A DNA stretch of 64,000 bases from Malacoraja senta. Its lineage: Eukaryota. Shown piece after piece: positions 12,620 to 23,791 of the stretch. The stretch spans positions 248,001 through 312,000 of the forward strand of contig CM075995.1 in the NCBI GenBank assembly GCA_038087875.1. Reading direction: 5' to 3'. Below the pieces are notes generated by a model. It did not search any database. It was not told where the DNA came from and worked only from the letters and a program-made list of their open reading frames with translations. Numbering within the stretch: the stretch's first letter is position 1; each line of letters begins with the position of its first letter. Made by a program: the position numbers and the translations under genes.

Positions 12620-14895
12620 TGGATGCTCCATAAATAGAGTCTCTCCTGTGAATGGTAAAATGCGTGGATGTTTATATTCAGGTCATCAGTCAGTTTTAAA
12701 AAACGACTTCAACTTTTCTTCTTGGGAGGAGCTCTTGAATGCACGGATGAGTTGGCCATTTTTACTTCTATTTCTCGAAGCACATTTATTCTTAATCAAC
12801 TGTTGTATTATCAAGTCTAATCTCTGGGAGAGATGGATTAATGTTCTCACTTTGAAACTATGATACATGCATTTGGAGACAGAAGAGGCTGCAGATGCTG
12901 GAATTCAAAGCAACAAACTGCCTGATGGACGAATTGTCACGTTTCAGGACCAAACCTTGCACCAGAACAGTAAATGTTTGGACTAATCCTCTTCTGTCGT
13001 TTGAAGTGAGCCACTGTATACATGGACGTCTGTCAGCTATAAAGATGGAGCATCACAAAGAACTGAGGAATTTCTCATAGACTTTAGAGATACAGCACGG
13101 AGACAGGACCTTCGCCCCACCGACCAGCGATCATCACGTTAACTTGCACTATCCGACACACACTAGGGACAATTTACAATTTTACCGAAGCCAATTAACC
13201 TACAAGCCTGTACGTCTTTGGAGTGTGGGAGGAAACGGGAGCACCCGGAGTAAGCCCAAAATGTCTCGGGGAGAACGTACAAACTCCATGCAGACAGCAC
13301 CCGTAGTCAGGATCGAACCCGGGTCTCTGGCGCTGTGAGGCAGCGACTCAACTCCTGCGCCACCGTGCCGCCCTGCTCATTCTGACTCTGGCTCTCCTAC
13401 TATGAATATACTCCTTCTGAAAAAAACACTAACTATCTGTGATTCTATACAGTGATAGAATCATTTATAAAAGTACTCAATGGGGAGTTACAGACTTCAA
13501 ATAACAATTTGGATCCACAGTCTAAATTCAGCATCCCAAATAAAAAAAATAAAAAACCATTCACCTTGCGTTTCACCAGTCGCTTATTCTGCCAACTCTT
13601 GCAATAGGTTCCTACGCACTTTTTACAGACTGGCGTTAGTTCATTATAAAGCCCAAGTAGGTACTGAATATTTAACAACATTGAAATTCCAATGAGTTAC
13701 TGTGGTGTTCATGGAAAACTCACATGGAAATCAGTTTTCTATCTTTCCTAAAGTCTGAAGAAGGGTCCCGACCCATTACGTCACCTATCCATTTTCTTCG
13801 CAGATGCTGCCTGGCCTGCTGAGTTACTCCAACATTTTGTCTGTTTTATTTGGTATAAATCAGCACCTGCAATTCCTTGTTATTGACATTCTATCTTTCG
13901 TAGCGTAATCACAAGGCCCTTGCCCACGCTTACGATTTGATCATAAGTGGTTTGCCTTCAGGAAGTTACACACAGTGTATTTCTGTCCCGAGAAGGTGCA
14001 AGTCATTTTGCAAAGCTGATAAACAGCAAGAGTGTCAATAAAGGATCATGTTTCGGCACAGATTTCTGAATGTCGGCCAACTGTTACTCAACTTCCAGTT
14101 ATATCGGGGTCCTTTGAGCGCACCACAGTATTTGTGCAAATCTTCTTTGCAGTTGTGAAAACCTTAACGGATGAGACTTCAGATCCAAGCTTATTGAATC
14201 ATATTTGCTCACACACAGTTCAATTCAACAGGAGTAAAGCCATACAGAATTACATTAGGTTGAAAATAAATACTGGGTAACTAAATTTCAGATGTACACG
14301 AATTTAGCATTTGTTAATTCCAAGTAATAAACATTGGCGGAGCAATTGCAAATAGAAAGCTGACTGAATCCTAAAGTTATCCGTACTTGGCCAGTACTGG
14401 AGCTGCAATAGTTCAACTCCAGCTCTTGATTAAATTACTTTGGTTAAGCAGATTTCTCTGGATTTCTCTCAAAGGCGAAGGCGTTTGTGGTTTGGCTGTT
14501 AAATCCTTATTTTGTAAAGTTGATACTGATGATTGATCTTCATTTGGATTCTATTTTTAAGTCAAACACAAACAAGATCTCGATTTCATATCAGATTTTA
14601 AACTTTCTGCTGGTATTTAAAAACATTGATTTTCTTTAAGCAGTCACTTTTGGCATCAAATGCGTCTAGCTCACTGATAAGGCAAGGCGATAATGTAAAT
14701 GAAGCATGCATTCATCAGGACAGAGTAACAAGAGACATCTTGGTTATCCAGGGTAACAACAGATCCATTTGTTTCAGCAGGTTGTTTTTTAAAGCAGGGT
14801 CTTGGAAGCATCGCTGCGGTCAACTGTACGACTCAACGTCCAGAGTTATTCATCGGTACTTTATATCAACAGCTTGGGACTCACCAAATATTGAA
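12620..14895 (-). pseudogene. Heavily decayed Gypsy pol remnants (protease, RNase H, integrase) collinear with the gag frame
   Basis: IFGESQAVDIK..TLDVES (14830-14891); VELLQLQYWPSTDNFR (14370-14417); FHEHH..GLYNELTPVCKKC (13600-13715); IHLSQRLDLIIQQLIK..LIRAFKSSSQEEKLK (12690-12850). Many stops and frameshifts; matched by eye only. Confidence 0.5.
13082..13373 (-). mobile_element. V-SINE (HE1-like)
   Basis: Reverse complement of the same consensus; other minus-strand copies at 1505-1740, 4640-4882, 18030-18312, 32815-33060 and 38955-39220. Confidence 0.88.
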
Positions 14896-15198
14896 AGCAA
14901 CCAGTGCTGTCTGTATGGAGTTTGTACGTTCTCCGTGTGACTGCGTGGGTTTTCTCTGGGTGCTCCGGTTTCCTCTCACACTCCATTGATGTACAGGTTT
15001 GTAGGTTAATTGGCTTCGATAACAATTGTAAATTGTCCCAAGTGTGTGTAGGATAGTGCTATTGTATGGGGATCACTGGTCGGTGCGGACTCGGTGGGTC
15101 GAAGGGCCTGTTGTGTCTGAACTAAACTAAACAGAGCAGGTTGCGTGTCACGTTTTCATATTTCATTTGGATACAGCTTCTCTTTAGAAATGTGGAAA

Positions 15199-15232
15199 TT
15201 TATTTATTTTAAATGATGTCCATATTTTTATT
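15199..15232 (-). promoter_or_regulatory. Candidate polyadenylation signals (AATAAA) at and just after the gag stop codon
   Basis: + strand tttatt at 15227-15232, 15203-15208 and 15199-15204. Confidence 0.5.
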
Positions 15233-16331
15233 TGTCGACATGCTCAAAGCCAGGAAACAATGCTGCCGACTTGCTCGCTCTGTAGGGCTGTTTCCGTGAC
15301 TTGCTGCCTTTAACTTTATGGCCTTCCTGTCCACAGACGTAACATGTACAGGACCTTTCACAGTTGTGTGATGGTGTCGTTTTGCCGTCCAGGTTTGTTT
15401 TGAGCTTTGCCTCGCCTTTGTCAGATCCCGATGTCTTATCTGCCGTTGGGTTGGCTTCCGGGCCGGCCGAGTCCTGCAACTTCTCCATCCTCTGAAGCCT
15501 CTCCATTTGATCCATTTGGTGTAAAGCAAGTTGCTTCACTAACGTGGTTAGCTCTAGCAGTGCAGGGTCTTGCTCAAAACTCGACCCTGCTCCAGCCAAT
15601 TCAGAAGCATCTCCCAAGCATTTTTCACCAACTTGCGCAGAAGGAACTGGATCACCCCCTTCCTGTGGCTTTCCAAACTCCTTGTCTTTGCACGGCCTCG
15701 TTTCTTGCTCCTTGAACACGACCGACTTTGGGTTACGAGCTGGAGACTTCTGATAAATATTTTTCTCATGTGCCGAAACCTGTGGCTTAACTTTCAGATC
15801 CTTATGCGCAGAGGAGCTCCGCCTCCCGGCTTTTGCTTTGAAGGACCTTAACACCGCCGCCACAGAATAGGTGGCTTTGAATTCATTTGACTGCTCAAAG
15901 CTTTGAAGGAAACCAATCGCGGGGTCCAGTGAAGGCGGTGAGGTCGCATATTCTGCTCTGAGCTTCCCAAAGGCTCCGGCTGGGCTTTGGTCCCTCAATG
16001 GCATCTCCAACACAAGCATCTTCGCTCTTCCCTCCAGGTGGTGAAGCACGGTCGCAAACCCAAGTGCAGCAGGCAGTTGGTCAGCATCCAGCGTCTGCTG
16101 CATTTCCCTGATCCAATCTTCCACGTCAATCCCACTTGCCGGGTTCCCACCGAACTTGGGCGCACTCAGTAACCGGCGGGATACACTCGAGGAGTAACAC
16201 AGAGCCAGCGGGAATGATTCGGACTGACAGGAGAGGGCAGGAGGAAGGGACAGAATGTCCATTTCTGGCGGCTTCCACTGCTCTTCAGCTAAGTGACTGC
16301 TTGACTCTCTCGACTCAGCAAGCTTCTTTCT
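15228..16331 (-). CDS. Ty3/Gypsy Gag-derived (PNMA-like) reading frame, 367 codons from splice acceptor (344 aa from first ATG at 16262); probable alternative terminal exon of KIF13A
   Basis: Capsid-like PKFGG..VEDWIREM..VLHHLEGRAK..LRAEY; degenerate MHR-like FLQSFEQSNEFKATYS; coiled coil LLELTTLVKQLALHQMDQMERLQRMEKL; knuckle CYVCGQEGHKVKGS. The frame is open 23 codons upstream of the ATG, up to the acceptor tgtctgttccgtag|AGA. Confidence 0.85.
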   Translation of the reverse strand, partial: RKKLAESRESSSHLAEEQWKPPEMDILSLPPALSCQSESFPLALCYSSSVSRRLLSAPKFGGNPASGIDVEDWIREMQQTLDADQLPAALGFATVLHHLEGRAKMLVLEMPLRDQSPAGAFGKLRAEYATSPPSLDPAIGFLQSFEQSNEFKATYSVAAVLRSFKAKAGRRSSSAHKDLKVKPQVSAHEKNIYQKSPARNPKSVVFKEQETRPCKDKEFGKPQEGGDPVPSAQVGEKCLGDASELAGAGSSFEQDPALLELTTLVKQLALHQMDQMERLQRMEKLQDSAGPEANPTADKTSGSDKGEAKLKTNLDGKTTPSHNCERSCTCYVCGQEGHKVKGSKSRKQPYRASKSAALFPGFEHVDK

Positions 16332-17935
16332 CTACGGAACAGACATGAGCAACAGAGTTCAAGCAAGTGACCATTTCCCTTTGGCTTCCAAGCCACGTTA
16401 GACAGCCTGTGCTGCAGCAGGCATTTGCAAATGCAACAAAACACTGCAGCTTGCTTCACTAAAACCATAACTAAACCTTTACCCTCCGCCCTATCTTTGA
16501 TCTAGAAAGGCCACAGTAGCACCACCTGTGTTCATGAGGGTCCCAACCTGAAACATCATCTACCTACTTTCTCCAGAGATGCTGCCTGACCCGCTGAGTT
16601 ACTCCAGCACTTTTTGTCCATCCTTGGTTTAAACTAGCATTTGCAGTTCCTTTTTATTACATTATATCTGTTCATTTGTCACTTCACCAAAGTGCCACCT
16701 ATTGCACATTTAAAATAGGTACAAAATACACAAACATAAAATGTATATTTCTCAAATATATGGACAACAGATTAATTGGCTCAATTTAACATTGGTGGTT
16801 AAAAGAAGTCATAACGTGGGGCTTGATTTTATTACAGGGAGGGCGGTGGAGGCAGGTTCTCTGGATGCTTTCAAGAGAGAGCTAGATAGGGCTCTTAAAA
16901 ATAGCAGAGTCAGGGTATATGGGAAGAAGGCAGGAACGGGGTACTGATTGGGGATGATCAGCCATGATCACATTGAATGGCGGTGCTGGCTCGAAGGGCC
17001 AAATGGCCTGCTCCTGCACCTATTGTCAATTGTCTATTACTCACTTCTTAAATACTTTTTGTGTTTACAGAGATCAGTGGATAACAAAATACATACTTTG
17101 TCTCAAACTTTGTAACACCTAATGTAACACAATGGACAGGTACATGGATAGGAAAAGTTTAGAGGGATAAATATGGGCCAAACTTGGGCAGGCGGGGACC
17201 AGCTTAGTGGAGCAACCTGGTCAGCATAGACGGGATGGGCAAAGGGGCCCGTTTCCGCGCTGAATGACTCCATGTTTAGCTCAGTTTAGTTTATTCTCAC
17301 GTGTACCGAGGTACAGTGAAAAGATTTTGTTGCGTGCTAACCAGTCAGCAGAAAGACAATACGTGATTACAATCGATCCATTTACTGTGTACATGGTAAG
17401 GGAATAACGTCGAGTGCAGGGTAAAGCCGGCAAAGTCCAAGGATAGTCCGAGGGTCACCAAAGAGGTAGACAGTAGTTCAGCACTGCTGTCCGGTTGTGG
17501 TAGGATGGTTCAGTTGCCTGATAACAGCTGGGAAGAAACTGTCCCTGAATCTGGAGGTGTGCGTTTTCACACTTCTGTACCTTTTGCCTGATGGGAGAGG
17601 GGAGAAGAGGGAGTGGCCAGGGTGTGACTCGTCCTCGATTATGTAGCTGGCATTGCTGAGGCAGCGTGAACTACAAATGACAAAGGTATAAATAAAGAAA
17701 TCTTAATTCTTTTACAGCTCTTTGCTAAAATGTTTCTAATTAGATGTGCAAGTCCTACATTCAGCAGCATGAAATGAGAGCAATCAATTCTAAAGCTGTA
17801 AGCTCACCTCCCTGTGGTTTTAATCATAATTGCACACGCAGTTATGAAAATACATTTAATACCGCAAAGAGGATAAAAAGTGCAGACGTTGGGAATCTGA
17901 AATAAAATGGAAAATGCTGCAAAAACAGCATCCTC

Positions 17936-18028
17936 ATTGCTGTCGCCACAGAATGGGAGGCTTTGTGTTCATTTGACTGCCCAAATATTTGATAGAAACC
18001 AATTGTGGGGATCAGTGAAGGATGAGGT
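17936..18028 (-). pseudogene. Diverged partial second copy of the gag frame (PSLIPTIGFYQIFGQSNEHKASHSVATAMR)
   Basis: Aligns by eye with 15852-15945 (PSLDPAIGFLQSFEQSNEFKATYSVAAVLR) at roughly 80% nt identity; truncated by an adjacent SINE. Confidence 0.8.
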
Positions 18029-18789
18029 TCAGGTTAGTTTAGTTTACTTTAGAGAGACAGCGCGGAAATAGGCCCTTTTGGCCCACCGAGCCCTCGCTGA
18101 CCAGCGATCCCCGCACACTAACACTATCCTACACGCACTGGGGACAATTTACAATTTTTACCAAGCCAATTGACCTACAAACCTGTACGCCTTTGGAGTG
18201 TGGGAGGAATCTGGAGCACCCAGAGAAAAGCTAAGTAGGTCACGGGGAGAACATACAAACTCCGTGGGTCTTTGGCGCTGTGAGGCAGCAACTCTACCGC
18301 TGCGCCACCGTGTCACCATATGTTCAAACTCCCATGGTTAAAACCTCGCAAAACCTCCCCTTTTTCTAAAATAAAACACTTGCATTTTGAATGAAATAAC
18401 CTTTTGATTTTAAAATGCTCGTAAAATAGGAGTAGGTCATGTTCAAGACACGGGTAAACCTTTTTTTTTTTTGTCCTTTCCAGATCCAAGCACAAAGACC
18501 TTGCTTCTCGTGACCATAGTCGTATCCTCCCCATAATTTATCATGCTCATTTCTAGTACAAAAACATGAAGCCACAGAGTCCGGTCCCTGCCCGTCCCCC
18601 CAAGACCGGGGAACCGAAGAGGGGGGAGCCAGCGACGATGGTCACGAGGGGCAAGGCCGGTAGAAAAGTGAACCAGGGTCTTCCCCCCCCACCCCACCCC
18701 CGTGCCCTCAAGGTCAGCTGCGGGAGGCGAGAACAGGAACGTCGGTACGCTGAACGATCCAGAGATTCACCTGGATCGGGCGATATTCC

Positions 18790-19190
18790 ATAAGAGATAG
18801 GAGTAGAGCTAGGCCATTCGGCCCATCAAGTCTACTCTGCCATTCAATCATGGCTGATCTATCTCCCCCTCCTAACCCCACTCTCCTGCCTTCTCCCCAT
18901 AACCTCTGACACCTGTACTAATCAAGAATCTATCTATCTCTGTCTTAAATATATCCACTGACTTGGCCTCCACAGTCTTCTGTGGCAAAGAATTCCACAG
19001 ATTCACCACCCTCTGACTAAAGAAATTCATCCTCATCTCCTTTCTACCAGAACCTCCTTTAATTCTGAGGCTATGACCTCTACTCCTAGACTCTCCCACT
19101 GGTGGAAACATCCACTCCACATCCACTCGATCCAAGCCTTTCATTATTCTGTACGTTTCAATGAGGTCCCATCTCATTCTTCTGAACTCT
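18790..19190 (-). mobile_element. CR1 LINE 3' end, subfamily B (KGLDRVDVERMFPLVGE..GYGEKAGEWG)
   Basis: ORF 18872..19177; further fragments at ~3045-3490, 5110-5285, 7560-7670, 10660-10790, 27550-27870, 31760-32130, 56280-56480 and 62130-62360. Confidence 0.88.
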
Positions 19191-19864
19191 TCTAAGACCT
19201 AGCGAGCAGACTTGACTTTGGAAATAGTGCCAAATCCAACAACTCGAAAATAATTTCATTGTGTTTTGAACATGAGGTAGTAATGCACAATTGAACTCTA
19301 ATTATAACTCACCCGCTGAGTTTCTCCTGCATTTTTATCTACCTTCAATTTTTTCCAGTCCGTAATTTGGAGCAGCACCTCATATTTTGCTTGGGTAGTT
19401 TACACCCCAGCGGTATGAACATTGACCTCCAATTTCAGGTAGTCCTTGCTTTCTCCCTCTTTCACCTCCCCTTCCCAGCTCTCCCACAGCCCACTGTCTC
19501 CGCCTCTTCCTTTCTTCTTCCCGCCCCCACCACCCCAACATCAGTCAGAACAAGGGTCTCGACCCGAAAACGTCACCTATTCCTTCGCTCCATAGATGCT
19601 GCCTCACCCGCTGAGTTTCTCCAGCATTTTTTATCTACCTTCGATTTTTCCAGCATCTGCAGTTCCTTCTTAAACATTGGACTATAATTGGTTGTTCAAG
19701 CTGAGGCATCCTTTGCCTATGGGATTTCAATTTATTTTTCTTGAGATTCCAATGATTAAGAGGAAACTGCTATGGTCGGTTGTTCATTTTCCAGCATGTA
19801 TATCCCCGACCCTTTGAAAGCTTATTTCTTGCTAAATCTCAACACATAGGATGATACAACTTAC

Positions 19865-19917
19865 AACTTGCAGCCTGACTTCTTGTATCTCATCTTCAAG
19901 TGTCCCGAAAAGACATA
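19865..19917 (-). CDS. Candidate alternative KIF13A linker exon (53 nt, phase 1->0): (V)CLFGTLEDEIQEVRLQV
   Basis: ttttcatgtttatattcaag|TATGTC...CAAGTT|gtaagt; consensus donor; phases bridge the 67-nt candidate to the gag exon. Confidence 0.4.
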
Positions 19918-20212
19918 CTTGAATATAAACATGAAAATGTAGGCACTTAAAAATCATACAGCATAGAAACAACCTACTTTCAGCCCAACCTGCCCATGCT
20001 GACCAAGAAGCCCCATCTACATTCGTCCCACCTGTCCGCGTTTGGCCCAAATATCCCTCTAAATATTAAAGGACACAAAGTGCTGGAGCAATCAGCAGGT
20101 CAGGCAGCATGTGTAAGAAAGAACTACAGATGCTGGTTAAAATCAAAGGTAGACACAAAATGCTAGAGTAACTCAGCGGGACAGGCAGCATCTCTGGAGA
20201 AAAGGAATGGGC

Positions 20213-20241
20213 GACGTTTCAGGGTCGCGACCCTTCTTCAG
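20213..20241 (-). ncRNA. Minimal hammerhead-ribozyme motif in Penelope pLTR (KIF13A sense strand)
   Basis: Minus strand CTGAAGA-AGGGTC-GC-GACCCT-GAAA-CG-TC. Confidence 0.6.
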
Positions 20242-21519
20242 AATCTCAGCAACTCTGGAGAACATGGGTAGGTGATGTTTCGGGTTAAGACTTTTTTTCA
20301 GACAGGATCTTGATCCGAAACATCACCTCTCCATGTTCTCCAGAGATACTGAATAATCTGTTGATTTACTCCTGCATTTTGTGTCCTTTTGTGTATTAAC
20401 CAGCATCTGCAGTCCCCTGATTTCTCCCTCCAAACCTTTCCTGTCCATGTATCTGTCCAAATGCATTTGAAATGTTGTTATAGTAACTGCCTCAACTACC
20501 TCTGGCAGCTCGTTCTACCCTCTCTGTGGGGAAAAGTTGCCATTCAGGTAAGCTGAAACTTCTTAGTAACTCTTTCCCCTCTCACCTTAAACCCATGTCC
20601 TCTGGTTCTTGATTCCCCTACTCTGGGTAAAAGACTATGTACATCTACCCTACATACTCTCCCCATGATCCAAGCCCCTCTATAAAACCACCCTTCTTCC
20701 TCTTGCACTCCAAGGAATAAAGTCCCAGCCTGCCCAAATTCTCCCTATAGTCAGGCCCCAAGTCCTGGCAACATCCTCATAAATCATCTCTGCACTCTTT
20801 CCAGCTTAACAACATCCTTCCTACAGCAGGGTGACCAAACCTGAACATAAAGTGTGAAGAAGGGCCTTGACCCGAAACGTCACCTATTCCTTTGCTCCAG
20901 AGATGCTGCCTGACATGCTGAGTTACTCGACACAAAAAAGCTGGAGTAACTCAGGCAGGGTCAGGCAGCATCTCTGGAGAGAAGGAACGGGTGACTTTTC
21001 GGGTCGAGACCCTTGTTCAGGCAACTTCTACACTCAATACCCTGACCGATGAAGATCAATGTGCCGAAAGCCTTCTTGACCACCCTATCCACCCGAGACA
21101 CTTGTGATTTGAAAATATTAGTGCAACAGAAACAGCCATAATTTTGCATGCGTGCAGCAGCTGGATAATTTCCAAACAAATCATGCCTTGCATGCTAAAT
21201 GTCTAATTTTTAAATGAGAAACAAACTCCATCTGTACGAGGTAACAGCATTTTTATCCATCTGTGCAAGGTACTTCCATTCTGCCCCGTCATCTACTACC
21301 CCATCCCTTACACTTGCTTTTAAGATCTATACACACGGTGTGTGCTCGCAGAAATCTGTGTTGTATGACTGCTTATCAGTACATTGTCTTGTTTGTATGT
21401 TGAGCCACGCCAAAGAAGATTTCTGTTACGACAGACAATAAAGTTTTCTGAATCTGAATCTGAATCTGAATCTGAATCAACTCACTTTACTTGAAGACTA
21501 AACGTTCCCAACCCACCAT

Positions 21520-21885
21520 TAGATTGTTAAGGGGTTGGACACGCTAGAGGCAGGAAACATGTTCCCGATGTTGGGGGAGTCCAGAACCAGGGGCCACAGT
21601 TTAAGAATAAGGAGTAAGCCATTTAGAACGGAGATGAGGAAACACTTTTTCTCACAAAGAGTGGTGAGTCTGTGGAATTCTCTGCCTCAGAGGGCGGTGG
21701 AGGCAAGTTCTCTGGATGCTTTCAAGAGAGAGCTAGATAGGGCTCTTAAAAATAGCGGAGTCAGGGGATATGGGGAGAAGGCAGGAACGGGGTACTGATT
21801 GGGGATGATCAGCCATGATCACATTGAATGGCGGTGCTGGCTCGAAGGGCCGAATGGCCTACTCCTGCACCTATTGTCTATTGTC
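21520..21885 (+). mobile_element. CR1 LINE 3' end, subfamily A
   Basis: Same RT C-terminus and 3'UTR; shorter copies at ~8100-8255, 16836-17037, 30255-30435 and 49200-49390. Confidence 0.9.
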
Positions 21886-23724
21886 ACCACAGGACTTCAT
21901 CTTACCTCCATGAAGACCTCTTGTGTTATCCTTAAATGATTTGGATGGTAAATACATTTAAAAAAATTTAAAAATAAAATGCATGAGAAGATTTCTTGCA
22001 ATTTTGCATTCCATTTGCAATCAGCTGCAGTGAAAGGGTGACGCGGAATATGCTGGCTTGGGCAGCTTACAACGCAGCGGTATGAATATTAATTTCTCCA
22101 ACTTCAAGTAACCCTTGCAACCCCTCATTCTCTCCGTCCCTACCCCACCCTGGTCACCGCACTAATGTTACTGTCGTCCTTGTTCTCGTTTTACCTTTAG
22201 TTGAGTTTATTGTCACGTGTACCGAGGTACAGTGAAAAACTTTTGTTGCCTGCTCACCAGTCGTTGAGTTCCTTGTCTGTATACTCATTGTCACCAATCC
22301 CACACCCACCAATGGCCACTTGTGTGCCCTGCATGTCCTTGATTATCAAAGATAGACACAAAATGCTGGACTCAGTAACTCAGAGGGACAGGCAGCATCT
22401 CGGGAGAGAAGGAATGGGTGACGTTTCGGCTCGAGGCCCTTCTTCAGACCTGAAATGTCACCCATTCCTTCTCTCCAGAGATGCTGCCTGTCCTGCTTAG
22501 TTACTCCAGCATTTTGTGTCTATGGACAATAGGTGCAGGAGTAGGCCATTTGGCCCTTCGAGCCAGCACCGCCATTCAATGTGATCATGGCTGATCATCC
22601 CCAATCAGTACCCCGTTCCTGCCTTCTCCCCATATCTTTGATGTAAACCAGCATCTGCAGTTCCTCCTTACACATTTCCTTGATTATCGGTGCTTTTTGT
22701 ATATCTTCGATTAATTTCCCTTAAGTACTGTCCCTTAAGTCTCTCATTCCCCTCTCCCCTGACTCTCATGATGAAGAAGGGTCTCGACCCGAAACGTCAC
22801 CTATTCCTTCTCTCCAGAGATGCTGCCTGTCCCGCTGAGTTACTGCAGCTCTTTGTGACTATTTTTAATTATCTGTTACCAGGACGGCACAGTGGCACAG
22901 CGGTGGAGCTACTGCCTTAAGGGCCTGTCCCACTTGGGAAGAATACAGAATGCAGAATACAGCTCAAGGAATCGTGGCTATTGAACAACTGCCAGCATTT
23001 CCTATTTTATTTCATTGAAGCTGCAGCCTCTGTGTTGGTTCCAGCTGTTTCGTTACTGTCCCTGTTTGGAATTTGTAATACATCTTGGGAATGCACGGCA
23101 CACATCTGTGATCGAAAGTGTTATTTCCAAGTGGGATCATCTTACAGAGAGTTGACCTCAATAACCCTCCTCACCATGCTTCCCATATTAGCCAGGCCAG
23201 CCACAAAGCTTCACAACAATCTGCATTCATTATGTTGCTGAATTCACAGGCCGCCCGTGCAGTTCCAATGCTCACTGGATCAAATGGGCTTACTATCATT
23301 TAAGATTTGTGCAATTTATGAGCGGTTATAGATAGGGTAGACAGTCAAAACCTCCCCCCCCCCCCCCCCATGGTGGAAATGTCCATCATTAGAGGACATA
23401 GGTTTACGGTGAGAGGGGAAAAGTTTATAGGGGATGCGCGGGACAGGTATCTTTTCCACACAGAGAGTGGTGGGTGGCTGGGACACAAAGAGTCAATCAA
23501 AATCTGATTGTAACGCGTCAGATGTGAAGGCTTTCTGAAGAACCAGGTTTTTATCCAGGCAAAAGTTAACACACGCACGCGCAAACACACACACACACAT
23601 TATAGCTCCCTGGACCCCAATTGAATGGGCAATGAGATTATTCAAGACAAAAAACAAATAAAATGCAGGCAAGTTTTCAAAACAATCTGCTGGTGCAATC
23701 ACAGTAAGAAACTCAGTACTATAC

Positions 23725-23791
23725 CTTGTCGTTGCGTGTCCCCTTGAAGACAGATACTTTTATCACCTTCCCTCCGTCGACCCCATTTCCC
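23725..23791 (-). CDS. Candidate alternative KIF13A linker exon (67 nt, phase 0->1): GKWGRRREGDKSICLQGDTQRQ
   Basis: gatttatag|GGGAAA...GACAAG|gtatag; open in the phase left by exon 24508-24585; weak pyrimidine tract. Confidence 0.35.

Noticed and set aside
13565..13663. 99-nt phase 0->0 AG/GT segment (YLLGLYNELTPVCKKC...) as a KIF13A cassette exon
   Set aside because: Better explained as a decayed integrase zinc-binding remnant; no KIF13-like sequence.
12500..16600. Intact LTR retrotransposon
   Set aside because: No paired LTRs, PBS, PPT or open pol could be found by eye; only gag is open.
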